DNA from: Lama guanicoe
Taxonomy: Eukaryota
NCBI GenBank assembly: GCA_013239625.1
Contig: MU053588.1
Coordinates: 2,862,508 to 2,926,507 of the forward strand
Direction: 5' to 3'
DNA length: 64,000 nucleotides
The notes below the pieces were generated by a model that made no database searches, was not told the origin of the DNA, and saw only the letters and a program-made list of their open reading frames with translations. Within the stretch, counting starts at the first letter, position 1. Every line of letters begins with the position of its first letter. The translations under genes were made by a program, and so were the position numbers. Shown here in pieces: positions 40,548 through 51,912 of the stretch.

Positions 40548-42330
40548 TATTCCCTCTTTTTATTATTAAAAGAAAGGAAACAATCCTGTTGCGCAGAAGC
40601 AAGCAATCCCATCATAACAAGAGTTTGTTGTAGAGCTTCCTGTTGCTTACGTAAATTACATCTCCATTTTAAAAGATATAACAAGGCAATACAGATCAAT
40701 ATAAGCATGCCGATATGAATAAAAATGCGTAAATTAAGCCCATTAAACCAATTTTCAGGCTTAAGCCAATGCAACCCGTTTTCAATTTGCTCAAATACAT
40801 TTTGTGCAAAAGCATCATGGATATTATGTAATTGAGTCTCCAACTGATCTTGTAAAGAGTTAATATGTTCTCTCAAAAAATCATTAAATGTTCCTTGTAA
40901 ATGTTGTCTAATCTTATACCATGGTGTCTCTGTTTCATTATATTGAATAAGAGTTACACATTACATAGAGAATTTCCAGTCACATTTTAATTTTAATCTT
41001 TTTGATAATGCTTCTTGTTGTTCTCCAATCCATTCTACAGCAGCCTCAAGAGCCTGTAGTCTAGCCATGATTCCATGATCTATGTCAACCTGTGTTTGTA
41101 GCTCTTAAGTTACATTAGTCAAAAGCTTTTCAACTGTATGGGCAGTATTAATAGAGGATACTAGAGCTGTTGAAGCAGCTGTGGCCATGGCAATTATGAT
41201 TGCAGCCGATATAATAAAAGCAATGAATGTAGCTACAAATCTTTTTGGCCTAACTTTCTTGAAAGACTCTAATAGCACATATAAACTTTGCTCATTAGAC
41301 CAGGTTCTGATCAGGGTAACTGGTAGTCAGACATGAGTTCATCGTTTTAGTAGCATAAGATACATTATAGTCACTAATATTTTTATGCATCAAACAATCA
41401 GAATACCAGAAAGAAGGAAATAAATTGGTGATATAAATATGGTCAGTAGTAATATTAGGAGGGAAGGGACCCCAAACTAAAATGTAAGGATGTGTAGTGC
41501 AAAACATTACAGAATCAGAAACATTGGTAATTAATGACATAGAATAATTGCCTGACCCACTAACATAGTCCCCATGATAAAGAATTCTGTCAATAAAAGG
41601 TAGTCCGAGTCTCCAAATGGTCTTGTGCATAGGACTAAAAATAGTGTCGCCATCAGACAGTTGTAAAGTGGGTCCGGAAAGTCCATGTTCACTCCAAGTA
41701 ATTGGTGCTGAAGAATTTTGTCCAAACTGAAGAGACATGTTATTACTTAACAAATGTCCATGGGGTCCCCGATCCGAGAGAGTTCCATTGAACGAGGAGC
41801 TATAACGAGGACACTGTATCTGGCAGGGTGACCATTGAACAGAATAAAACTTATACTTTCAATCGGTTTTCGGTTTACACATGGGGACAGGTGGTACTTG
41901 TGATACATTCAGAATTTCATAAGTAGTAGTTGATACAGCTGTAATAAAAGTTAAGTTGGCTGCTTGATTTCCCTTCTTAGGTTGATAATACAAGTACAAT
42001 TGCTTCTGTAGATTAATACAATCAGTATGTGACTTATTATATACAATACATAAAGGTGGATTATGAGAATATAGTGTCAACGTTTGGTTGCTGCCCAGAT
42101 ATTCTTGCGTTGCCACGGGAGGTATCCATGTGCCACCTGTCCAAGCAGAATCATTAGAAGCAAGTGGGGGTCTGCATGCCACCACGTAACAGGTGTGAAT
42201 AAAGGAGGGTTAAGAATATAAGCCCAATAAGACATATTAGATTCCCCAGAAATTAGAGACGTGTAGTATGCAAAATGATAAAAAATTAAGATCCTTATCC
42301 ATCTTTTGAAGTGGTGACCACATAGATATA
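40484..42330 (-). pseudogene. env: Betaretroviral env, disrupted
   Basis: SU start YWAYILNPPLFTPVTW; furin site KVRPKR followed by FVATFIAFIISAAIIIAM; RLQALEAAVEWIGEQQ and CDW; TM helix IFIHIGMLILICIALLYLL. Stops and frameshifts present. Confidence 0.88.
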
Positions 42331-44880
42331 CTTCTGTGGTATCCATCATAGCTCGTGACCTGTATCAACACATAGAACACCTCTCTTCCAGCATTTAACC
42401 TGATAAGGGCCTTCCCAATCATCAGTAAATGGCTTTTTCACCCAAACTCTATCTGGGCCACCTATCACAGGAGGATTAGCATGTCTCTCTTGAGTGGTGT
42501 GAGCATCTTTTCCTTGATTTTAAAAATTAAGTGTATATAATGTGTGTGCTAGGATGTTATGACATTCTTGGGGAGTATATCTCCCCTTTAAGTTTTGCAA
42601 GTAAGCCTTAAGTGTCCTGTGACAATGTTCCACTATAGCTTGTTCAGTGGAATTATAAGGCATTCCAAAAGAATGTTGTATTTGCCAATTAGAGCAAAAT
42701 TGTTCGATAATCCTTGCAGTAAATTCTGAGCTGTTTTCTGTTTTTATAGTATGAGGTTTTCCAAGGACAGCAAAAGCAGACAGCCAATGTTTAATAACTT
42801 CTTTAGCTGTACATTTAATATGTAAAGTAGCCCAGATGAATAAAGAATAAATGTCAGCAGAAACAAGTATAATTTTAAGGCACCAAAAGGGAGGGAAAAA
42901 AGTAGTATCTGTTTGCTAAACCTGATTTTTGCTAGATCTTCGAGGATTAACACCTTTATGTATACGGTAAGGACATGAAAGGGTATGTATGTTACATTGA
43001 GGGCAAGCAGCAATAATTTGTTGAGCCTCTCGTTTTGTGATGGGATAAATGGCTTTTAAGGCAGCGACATTACAGTGATGCATTTCATGAAATATCTGTG
43101 CTTTCTGAAAAGAAGAGAGATTGGTAGCTAACATAGAAACAATAGAATCTATGTAAGTATCTCCTTCTGTAAGTGGACCCAGAAGATTAGTATGAGAACG
43201 AATATGAGCAATAAATAATGGGTGTTGCCATTGAAAGATTAATCCTTTTATGTTTAGAAAATGCTGAAAATGTTGTTTTAAAGGTGCTTTAGGTGAAACA
43301 GCAGAAGGAATTAAGGGTATAGCATTGGCAACATGTAATGAGTCAGTTAATATATTTAATGGTTGAGAAGGCCAAGTCATTAATGCCAACTCAATAGCTG
43401 CAACTTCAGCTATTTGAGTACTAGCATGGCCAGTTGTGAATTTTGAGCACCATTGACCTTCATTCATCCATGCAGTAGCGGCTTTTGTGGTTTTTCCAGA
43501 GCCATCAGTAAAAACAGTTAAGGCTTTGGGTATAGGAGTTATGAGAAATAAGTTCTGGGAATTGTAAAGGAATCTGAATACAAAATTGTAGCGAGGGATG
43601 GGAGAATTTTTTGAAAGTAATCTTTCCAAGAAAATCATCCAAGGACAATTGTATTTCTTCATTTATTATAAAATTATCCAGAAATTGTTGGGAAGTACAT
43701 GGAAGATTAACAGAGTGTGGATCTTCTCCTATTAATTTTTGCAAACAACGTTGACGTTCTTTCATAATTAACTGGGCTGTCATGTCAAATTTAGTTGGGG
43801 AGACTTAAGAGGCTTATGAGAGAGAGAGATACATTCTAATAGAAATAATTGAGAACCTAATTCTTGAGCCAACACAGCAGTAGGAGACAAAGGGTAAAAA
43901 ACATGAGCAAAATAATAGGTAAAGATAAAGAGATTCTAAGTAAAAATTGCTGATAAATAGCTCTAGCAATTGTTTCTAATTCCATAAAATCTTCTGATGT
44001 AAGGACTCAAATAGATGCAGGATCTCTATCTCCTTCAAGCAAAGAAAATAAAGTATGCAATTGTGATGTGGGTATTCCTAAACATGGGCAGATCCAACTT
44101 ATGTGGTCTAATAATTGTTGTAATTGGACTAGAGGCATTTGTTTGTTTACCTGAATTACAAACGGATGTTGATGAATAGTATGTGTGTCAATGGTCATTC
44201 CTAAAAACTCCCCAGGAGCCTGTTTTTGTACTTTATCTTGGGCAATAAGCAAACCATTAGCTTGAAGAGTCATAAGTGTTCTGGTTTATAATTCTTTTAA
44301 TATGGTATCTGTTTAAGCAGCTAATAAAATACCATCCATATAATGAAAAATAATGCATTGAGGGAACATATGCTGGGTAGGTGCTAAAATGCCACCAACT
44401 AATTGTTGACAAATTGTAGGACTATTTTTCATCCCCTGAGGTAGATATTTCCATTGATAGTGCAATGGTATTTCCTGATTATTATAAATTGGGGCAGTAA
44501 ATGCAAATTTTTCTTTATCATCAGGATGTAAAGGTAAAGAGAAAAGTCTTTTATATCAATGATATATAAAGGTCATTTTTCTGGACTTAAGTCAGGGTTA
44601 GGCAAGCCCTTTTGTAAGGGGCCCATAGCTTGTGTAACAGCATTCACTGCTCTTAAGTCTTGTAAGAAGCGCCATTTCCCAGATTTTTTCTTAATAACAA
44701 AAACAGGTGTGTTCCAAGGACTGGTAGATGGTTCCAAATGACCCAGCTTTAATTGCTCATCAACTAATTGCTTTAAAGCTTGTAATTTTTCTTTAGGAAG
44801 GGGCCACTGCTCTACCCATACAGGAGATTGCTGGGTCCAAGTGAGCGCAAAGGGTGTTATTCCTAACAATGGTTCAATGG
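42330..44880 (-). pseudogene. pol: pol (RT-RNase H-integrase), disrupted
   Basis: [47 protein letters not shown], catalytic motif decayed to YMDG, TVFTDGSG, HHCC finger (HEMHH..CPQC). Confidence 0.92.
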
Positions 44881-44886
44881 CCCATA

Positions 44887-45620
44887 TTAAAAAGGATCAA
44901 AGTTAAGTGTTAAGTTCCATTGAGTCAATAAATCTCTTCCCCATAATGTGTAGGGAATGGGTAAAATAAATGGAGTAACACTTGCCACTTTGTTTTCTGG
45001 CCCCTTAACTCTCAACGAATGAGCACTGATCTCTGGGGCCATAAGGCCCCACACCTTGAACATTAGCATTAGAAGATCCTTAGGCCATAAAGTAGGCCAT
45101 TGATGAGAAGCAATAATAGTTTTATCTGCTCCTGTATCTATCAAACCACTAAATTTTATCCCTTGTAAAGAAATAGTTAATGAAGGACGTTGTCCAGACA
45201 TTTCATGTGACCAAAAGGCAGCTTGACCAGAGTGTCCAAATCCAGAAGCCTGTCTCTCTTTTGATAAAGTTTTTTCAGCAGGTAAGTAAGGAATCAAGAT
45301 AATCTGAGCAATCCGAGAATTTTTTGGTATAATATAATAAGAGGAGGCTTGAACCATAATTTTTATTTCCCGTGTATAATCATTGTCAATAACTCCAGGC
45401 AAAATAGTCAATCCTTTGAGCCCTACAGAGGAACGTCCAATTCAGAGGCTGAAATATCCTGCAGGTAAGGGCCCATAAACTCCAGCAGGTATCAAGTAAG
45501 TTTTTGAATTATCATCTAACAACTCATCATTAATGGTAGCTAAATTGAGTCCTGCATTCCCTGGGGAGGCGGCAATAAGGTCGGTAATTGAGTATTGGGG
45601 CTTGAGCTGATTGCTCCCCA
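44887..45620 (-). pseudogene. pro: dUTPase + protease (pro), disrupted
   Basis: GRSSVGLKGLTILPGVIDNDYTREIK (dUTPase); LIDTGADKTII and LWGRDLL (aspartic protease). Confidence 0.92.
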
Positions 45621-45660
45621 TACTTGTTTTTGGTGGGCACCTGGAGGAGGGGTGCCCCGT

Positions 45661-47212
45661 TTAGTTACCCGATGATTTTCTGCTTATCATGTTACTATTA
45701 ACGTTACTTTTAGATTTGCATTGATTAGCCCAATGGTATCTGCGGCGGAACCAGGGACATATTTTTGCAGGTTGTTTTCGAGGTTTATCTCCTTTACAAT
45801 ATTCGGCTATATGACCTGGTTTTTGGCATTTAAAACAGGCTAAGGGTGGTTTAGCATTATTGGACTGCTGGGAGAAAGCGGCAGCCATAATACGGACAGC
45901 GTGAGTTTGTGTCCCTACTTCCTGACAAGCTTTTATCAGCTCCCCTAAATTATGATTACGACTTTGCAAATGAGCCATAGCAGCCTGACAGTCAGCATTT
46001 GCATTTTCAAAGGCACACTTTAATAATAATATTTGAGCAGCCCCAGGATTAGGTATTTGTCACTCAATGGCAACTTGTAGGCGAGCAATAAACTCAATAT
46101 AAGGTTCAGCAATGCCTTGTTTTATGTTCACAAAAGAATTAATGGCCCGATCCTTAGTGGATGGTGGGATAGCCTTCCAAGCTGCAAGGGCAAGCTCAGA
46201 GCTTTGACATGGTAATAGTGCATGAGCTTGGCATTGAGCATTAGGCGTTGCATATTGTCCAGTTCCTTGTAACATGTCAGCACTGATTGGTATATTCTGA
46301 GTTAAATTATAGATTTAGTAACAGCCAAATCATTATATTCAGACTTCCATAAAACATATTTGGCATGACTTAATAAGGTCTTAGCCAATATACTCCAATC
46401 ATAAGGAATCATACGGTAACTTCCTCCTAATGCTTCTATCATACCCACAGTAAAGGGAGATTGAATGCCATTCTCTCAAATACTTTTCTTCAATTCCTTA
46501 TAAACAGTGAAAGGCAATAAATCATGAATACATTGACCATTTTGAACAATAACAGGGGAAGCTCTATGTATAGCATCAGCATCTCCTTTCAAAAGTCCTT
46601 CCCTCAAGCACCCATGCATTAAACTGTGACAAGATGGATCCTCAAAGGCAGGGGCATTAACAATAGGTGGAAAAGTAATTTTTTGTTTATCTTTCTGACC
46701 AGAACTCAAAGGAGGAAGAAAAACCTCTTCTGAGTCTGAATCTGAATCAAAAGATATTCCCGAAGGTGAAGTCTCCTCTGCAGGCTGCTTTATAGGTTCC
46801 CCAGCCGATGGCCCCCCCCGGGGGGGGGTGGCTGTAGCGGCAGAGGAGGTAATTTATCCTCTGGAGGGGCTGATGACTCCAAAGTGTTAGCCACAGCATT
46901 GTGATTAATGGGAGTATTCGTAGTAGAAACATCCTTAGTATATAATGGCCATAAGGCCGTTCTAATTATCCCTCACGTCATTATTAAATGTACATCAGTT
47001 AAGAGTTTGAATTCAGTTTTTAAAACATGTCCAGCTTGTTCCCATAACTCTAAATCTAGGGTGCCTTCCTCCGGAAACCACAGGCAGTGTTGAGCAACGG
47101 CCAATAATAAATTTTGGAGCTCCGTAGGAGAAACCGAAACTGATACTGCTTTAAGCAGCTGTTGTAAAGTCCGAAAGAACAGCTGCTGCTGCTTAGTAAG
47201 CTGTTGCCCCTT
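45661..47212 (-). pseudogene. gag: Betaretroviral gag, disrupted; start codon apparently ATG>AAG
   Basis: (K)GQQLTK...CLWFPEEGTLDLELW matrix; MHR IKQGIAEPYIEFIARL; two zinc knuckles (CFKCQKPGHIAEYC and a degenerate CPWFRRRYHWANQC). Confidence 0.9.
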
Positions 47213-47293
47213 GAGTATCCCTCAGCACGCCTGACAGGCTGAAAAGTCCCCCAAAATTTCCTTAGTTCCATTTACGTGTTTGCCGAGTCTGAT

Positions 47294-47311
47294 ATCACAT
47301 CGGAGTCACCA
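47294..47311 (-). other. Primer binding site, tRNA-Trp type
   Basis: TGGTGACTCCGATGTGAT, 2 nt inside the 5' LTR; 16/18 match to the recalled tRNA-Trp PBS TGGTGACCCCGACGTGAT. Confidence 0.85.
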
Positions 47312-47313
47312 TC

Positions 47314-47775
47314 TGTGACGTGATATGTACACACAAACACCGTGTGAAGAGAAGCGAAGCAGTTCTCTGCATATTGATTCTTAGAGAAGGATTTATATAG
47401 GATATGCATGGTGCTTCACATATCATCTAAGTTATAACAATGTTAATAATCAAGCTAGTTAGGTTCCCAGGCTCCAGGTTCCCAGGCTCCAGGTTCCCAG
47501 GCTCCTGCAGTAAGCACAGGATGTTACATGATCAAGGACTGTTTTAAAGGTCATCACAAAACTTCCTTAAGTAAGCCATCTCTCATCCAGCCAGCTGTGC
47601 CTGTCTGAGGTTGTCCTCCTCTGAGGATCTTACCTGTCGTTGGCTATCCAGCCATCCAGACTGGAGACATTAAATAGGCCATCTCTTATCCAGCCAGCTA
47701 CGTGACATTTCTCACAGCTTGTTTATCAGTTCAGCCCATGGCTTATTCTCTAGAGCCTTCAGGTGGAGGCCTACA
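47314..47775 (-). repeat. 5' LTR of the class II ERV
   Basis: Homologous to 40093-40547, roughly 30 substitutions by eye. Three versus two copies of AGGTTCCCAGGCTCC. Confidence 0.92.
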
Positions 47776-48250
47776 GTACCAGCAAAAAGGAGAGATGCTA
47801 GGTCAAAGACAGGGTAGGTTCCACACGCAAGCTCCTCTGTGGAGTCAGGACACAGCGCCCACATCAGGCACACTGAGGTGTTCACCACCCAGGAAGCTCA
47901 TCGGATCACTGGTGTCCAGAGTGTTCACTTAGGTTTTATTACATTGGCAGGTGTGATTGAAACATGGGTTGTGATACTGAACTCACTCTCTAGCACAATT
48001 TCCACCCCCAGATGACAGGGTTGTTTATTTGGATGACCAGCCACTCAATTCCATGCCGAGCTATATCGCCAGAATGAACTCAGAAGAAATCTAGGAACTC
48101 CTGATCACCAAAGACAGGCTTACCATTTGAAAAATTTCAGCATCAGCGGCAGTGATTTCACAGATACTTCATTACATCAAACTGAAGTCCGCAGCTCTGG
48201 CATCTCTACTATATTTAACGTGACACTCATTTGTTCTAAGAGGCAGTACT

Positions 48251-48422
48251 TCCTCAGGACTCACTTCCAGAATTCCACCTTTGAAACCTCCCCATCCCCT
48301 AAGCCCCATCTGGGCTCACCTTGTTCCCTCCTGCCCCCAGGGCGCTGTCCTTTCTGCTGCTCAGGGGTTCCTTCTAGATCTGGCCCTTCCCCTGCTCTGA
48401 GCCTGGCTGGAGAGTCACCCCA
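48251..48422 (+). repeat. 172-bp direct duplication, copy 1
   Basis: Identical by eye to 50227-50398. Confidence 0.92.
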
Positions 48423-48874
48423 GTGGGAGCAGTCCTGCCTGCTCACTGCTCCTAGGAGTGGTTGGGGGACAACTGCCCGAAGAAGGGCCTGTGGCTCAGC
48501 TGAGGGCAAGTCTCTGTTGAAGAGGGCCTGTGCAGAGATCAGTGAGCAGCCCGGGTACAGGAACTCAGCAGTGAACCCAAAACATTCACTATATATATTG
48601 TGCAAACCCTTTGAAAGAATAATATCACAGACCCTGGGAAAAAATACTTTGGCAAGAGAGGTGTCAGTGATGAGTAATAAAAAAGATTAGGGTTCTGGCC
48701 GGAGGTGAGATGAGAGATTGTAAGACTCCAAAGCATACTCAAGGTAAAACAGTCACTAAGAGAGGGGATGTGCTCCAGACCCAGACTAAGGGGAAGTGGC
48801 TTTCAGACAAGGGCCCCTTGTGGGCACCACTTAGAGCCAAGGCGTCAAGACCTTGGTGTGGGAACTCTTTGCAC

Positions 48875-48878
<4 letters not shown>

Positions 48879-48913
<35 letters not shown>

Positions 48914-49040
48914 GTGTATGAATGTAGGTATGTGCTGTATATGTGTACATGCATGTACACGGGCATGTGCATATGTGAATGTGTTCTCGTGTGATTATGT
49001 GTATGTGTGTGTGTATGTTTATACGTGTGGTGTGTGTTTG
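48879..49040 (+). repeat. (TG)n microsatellite and TG-rich tract
   Basis: Directly visible. Confidence 0.9.
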
Positions 49041-50226
49041 TGAAGGGAGTTAGGAACACACAGGTGCAAACCTCCAGACACACAGGAGTCCCAGGGACAT
49101 CTGAAGATCAGGGGGTCAAGAAAGGGCACAGGAAGCCAGGTGAAGAGGGAGATTGCAATCCCCTGGGGTGAGAGACCCAGAGAATGAGCGGGGAATGGAG
49201 GCCGTCAGGACACCGCAGGAGACAGGAGACTTGAGCTGAGGGTGTGGGAGATTCAGAAAAGGAAGGGATTTGAGTGTGGGGGTGTCAGAAGAGGGTTTCT
49301 GGACTCCAGCCTGGGGGAAAGTGAGAGAGGCCAGTGAAGGGCAGGCTTGGGGTGGAGACTAGAGGCTTAGAAGACAGTTCCCAGTGGGAGGGCCACGATC
49401 CAGCTAGGACCAGGTTGAGAAGGACAGGGCTGTTCTCAGAGCGCGTCTGGGGGTGCCATTCAGCATCTGGGGAAGCGCAGCACAAAAGCTGATGTCGATC
49501 TTGGGTGTGAAAGACGACCCTTGGCCGAGTTTGCCTTGTGCTGAGATGTGTGAGTAAGCCAAACTGTGACCACAGTGGAGGCTGAAAAGGAAGCAGGGCC
49601 CAGGAAAGGGGAGGGGTGGGGGAGGGGGAGGGCATCAAGGGCAGAAGAGTTTAGAGCACGGGATGGGTTTAGGGTTGGGATTGTGGGGCGTGGGAGGGCA
49701 GGAAATCGAGGAGGCAGGAGACTGTAGTGTGCAGAGCCCAGAAGGATCTAGAAAAGCAGAAGAGCCAGGAGGGGTTTGAGGGGAGGGGATGTAGAGAGGG
49801 TCACTGCCCTGGAGGATGGGTGGTGAAAGTCAGGCTGAGGAATAACTCTGCGGGGGGTTGCATGCTTGTACACTTTGATTTCTTCACTGAAAATGAGGCC
49901 TCCGTCACATCCAGTGCTCTTTGGACCGTCAGCCTCACGGCCGGCTTAGGAAGCACAGAGCTTGTTGGAGTCCACACCCTTCCCCTCTGAGGTCTGTCTT
50001 CTGATGGCTCCTCCATGGCCCAGAGCTTCTATTTTCCTCTGTTCTGATCACATTCTGTCTCTTGAAGACTTCCGCCCGGGCCCTGTTCATCCCTGATCTC
50101 TCTTCAAGGCCACCATTTCTCCCCTGGCCCCTCCACTCAGATCAGGAAATGTCCTCCTCAAACTCCCAGTTCTGTACTTACAGCAGCGCCCCTGCTCCCC
50201 ACACTGAGGCGGAGGTTTCCAGTGCC

Positions 50227-50398
50227 TCCTCAGGACTCACTTCCAGAATTCCACCTTTGAAACCTCCCCATCCCCTAAGCCCCATCTGGGCTCACCTTGT
50301 TCCCTCCTGCCCCCAGGGCGCTGTCCTTTCTGCTGCTCAGGGGTTCCTTCTAGATCTGGCCCTTCCCCTGCTCTGAGCCTGGCTGGAGAGTCACCCCA
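50227..50398 (+). repeat. 172-bp direct duplication, copy 2
   Basis: Identical by eye to 48251-48422. Confidence 0.92.
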
Positions 50399-51912
50399 AG
50401 GCAAGGCGAAGATAACACAGACCCAGCCTTGGGACCACAGCACCATTCAGCAATAATTTTTTTGTCTGTTATTAAGTTTATTTTTTGTTAGAAAGACAGA
50501 ATTGGTATGATGGCATAACAGCGTAATTTCTGTTTTGAAATTTTGCCAATGTTTGAGAAAACCAGTGTTTAGGAACCATTCCTAGAAGCCAACAGTAATC
50601 TGTTCTCCTGAAATTGTGATCGTAACATTCGAAATATTTCTCCAATTCCAATTTTTTTTTTTCAGGGAAGCGGTGTTGGTACAACAACTATGAAAGCAAA
50701 TGCTCAGAATCAAACAGTTACACCAGTGGATGATGATACTGATACAGGAAAATACAAACGTTGGCATGAGGGGGCTGTGTCCCAGGTCTCAGTGGTGTCC
50801 CTTGGATGTGCCCTGCCAAGTGTGGTTCCTTGGCTTTGCACAGGAATTCAAGAGCGAGCCACAGCTCAGTAAAGGTAGATTTATTTAGAGAGATATATGC
50901 TGCATAAAGTGTAGGCTGCTTCAAAAGTTAAGAGAAAGGTCACCAGGTGTGGGGATTGGGTGCTCAGGTTGAAGTAAAAGTAGATACACATTCCCTAGAC
51001 AGTCTGCAGGCCTTCTCCGAAGATGAGGGAGTGAGAAAAGCAGCCACGAGATGCGGTGTTGCTAGTTTTTATGGGCTTGGTATCTTCACATACCAGGAAG
51101 TGGGAGGACCATTCCAACTAGAAGTCAGATCTCCCACCATCTTGAGCCTCAAAGTCCCCTTTGAGTCGACTCTTCCATCATTCTGGTGTTAATTGCTGTG
51201 TCATTCCTTGAATGGCTGTGCCTTGCCCCCTTCCCTCCTGTCTCATTCCCCCCCCAGAGATTTTACTCCCATAATCTCATGGGGGTGCAGAGGGGCGATG
51301 GTCCGACTTCTGAAACTACTTCCAGGCTGAGTTTGGGCGTTGACCCTGCCTAACAGGGAGTAAAAATCTCTGAATGCCTAATCTAGGGGCCCCAGGGGCA
51401 GGGCAGCCTTTTGTTTTTGCGTCAGAGGGCAGTATGGGCTGGAATTCTCGCATGGCCATCATCTGTTTTGGTAGTGCTGTAACCCACTGTTTTCATAGAC
51501 TTCCGATGAATCTTACAAATGAAGCACCTTTGTAACAGCAGTTCATCTGTGTATAACAACAAAAGACTTAAAAGGCATGGTTAAACACCTGTAATTGATA
51601 AAGAGAGACTTGTTTACAATGACCTGAACTAGGATTATATTCAACTTAACATACCAAATAATCCTAGTTCGTTTAATATCTAAGATTCCTCAGGTTTCCT
51701 TTAAGTCATCTCTAAGTTAGCTGGAACTAAAAAGAACTTGTAGAATTTGTTAAATCCTCACGTGGTCCCATTTTTAGTGATAGCCTGACAGTAGTAGCTC
51801 TGTCAGGGACCTCAGATTTCCAGACAGCAGGGTTCACTTGACAAACAATATGGGGTGGAATGAAGACCTCCTCTAGTTTGGGACTGAGGCAGGCTCCCAA
51901 AGTCGAGAGTAA

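Larger units (their letters stand above)
40093..47775 (-). mobile_element. Near-full-length defective class II (betaretrovirus-like) endogenous retrovirus, 7.7 kb
   Basis: Order LTR-PBS-gag-dUTPase/pro-pol-env-PPT-LTR. Candidate TSD GTAGC (40088-40092) / GTACC (47776-47780). Confidence 0.95.
39840..48100. mobile_element. MER21-like LTR split by the betaretroviral provirus (halves ~39840-40087 and ~47780-48100)
   Basis: ctacctggaattagtgcagacctcacagg and ttttgctagaatgact...aactcaggaaaa recalled from MER21; family tentative. Confidence 0.5.

Noticed and set aside
40484..42330. Co-opted intact env (syncytin or restriction factor)
   Set aside because: In-frame stops and frameshifts in both SU and TM.
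49460..49582. CEACAM N-domain exon on the - strand
   Set aside because: Only a faint resemblance at the first residues; a stop follows after ~40 codons and there are no IgV motifs.
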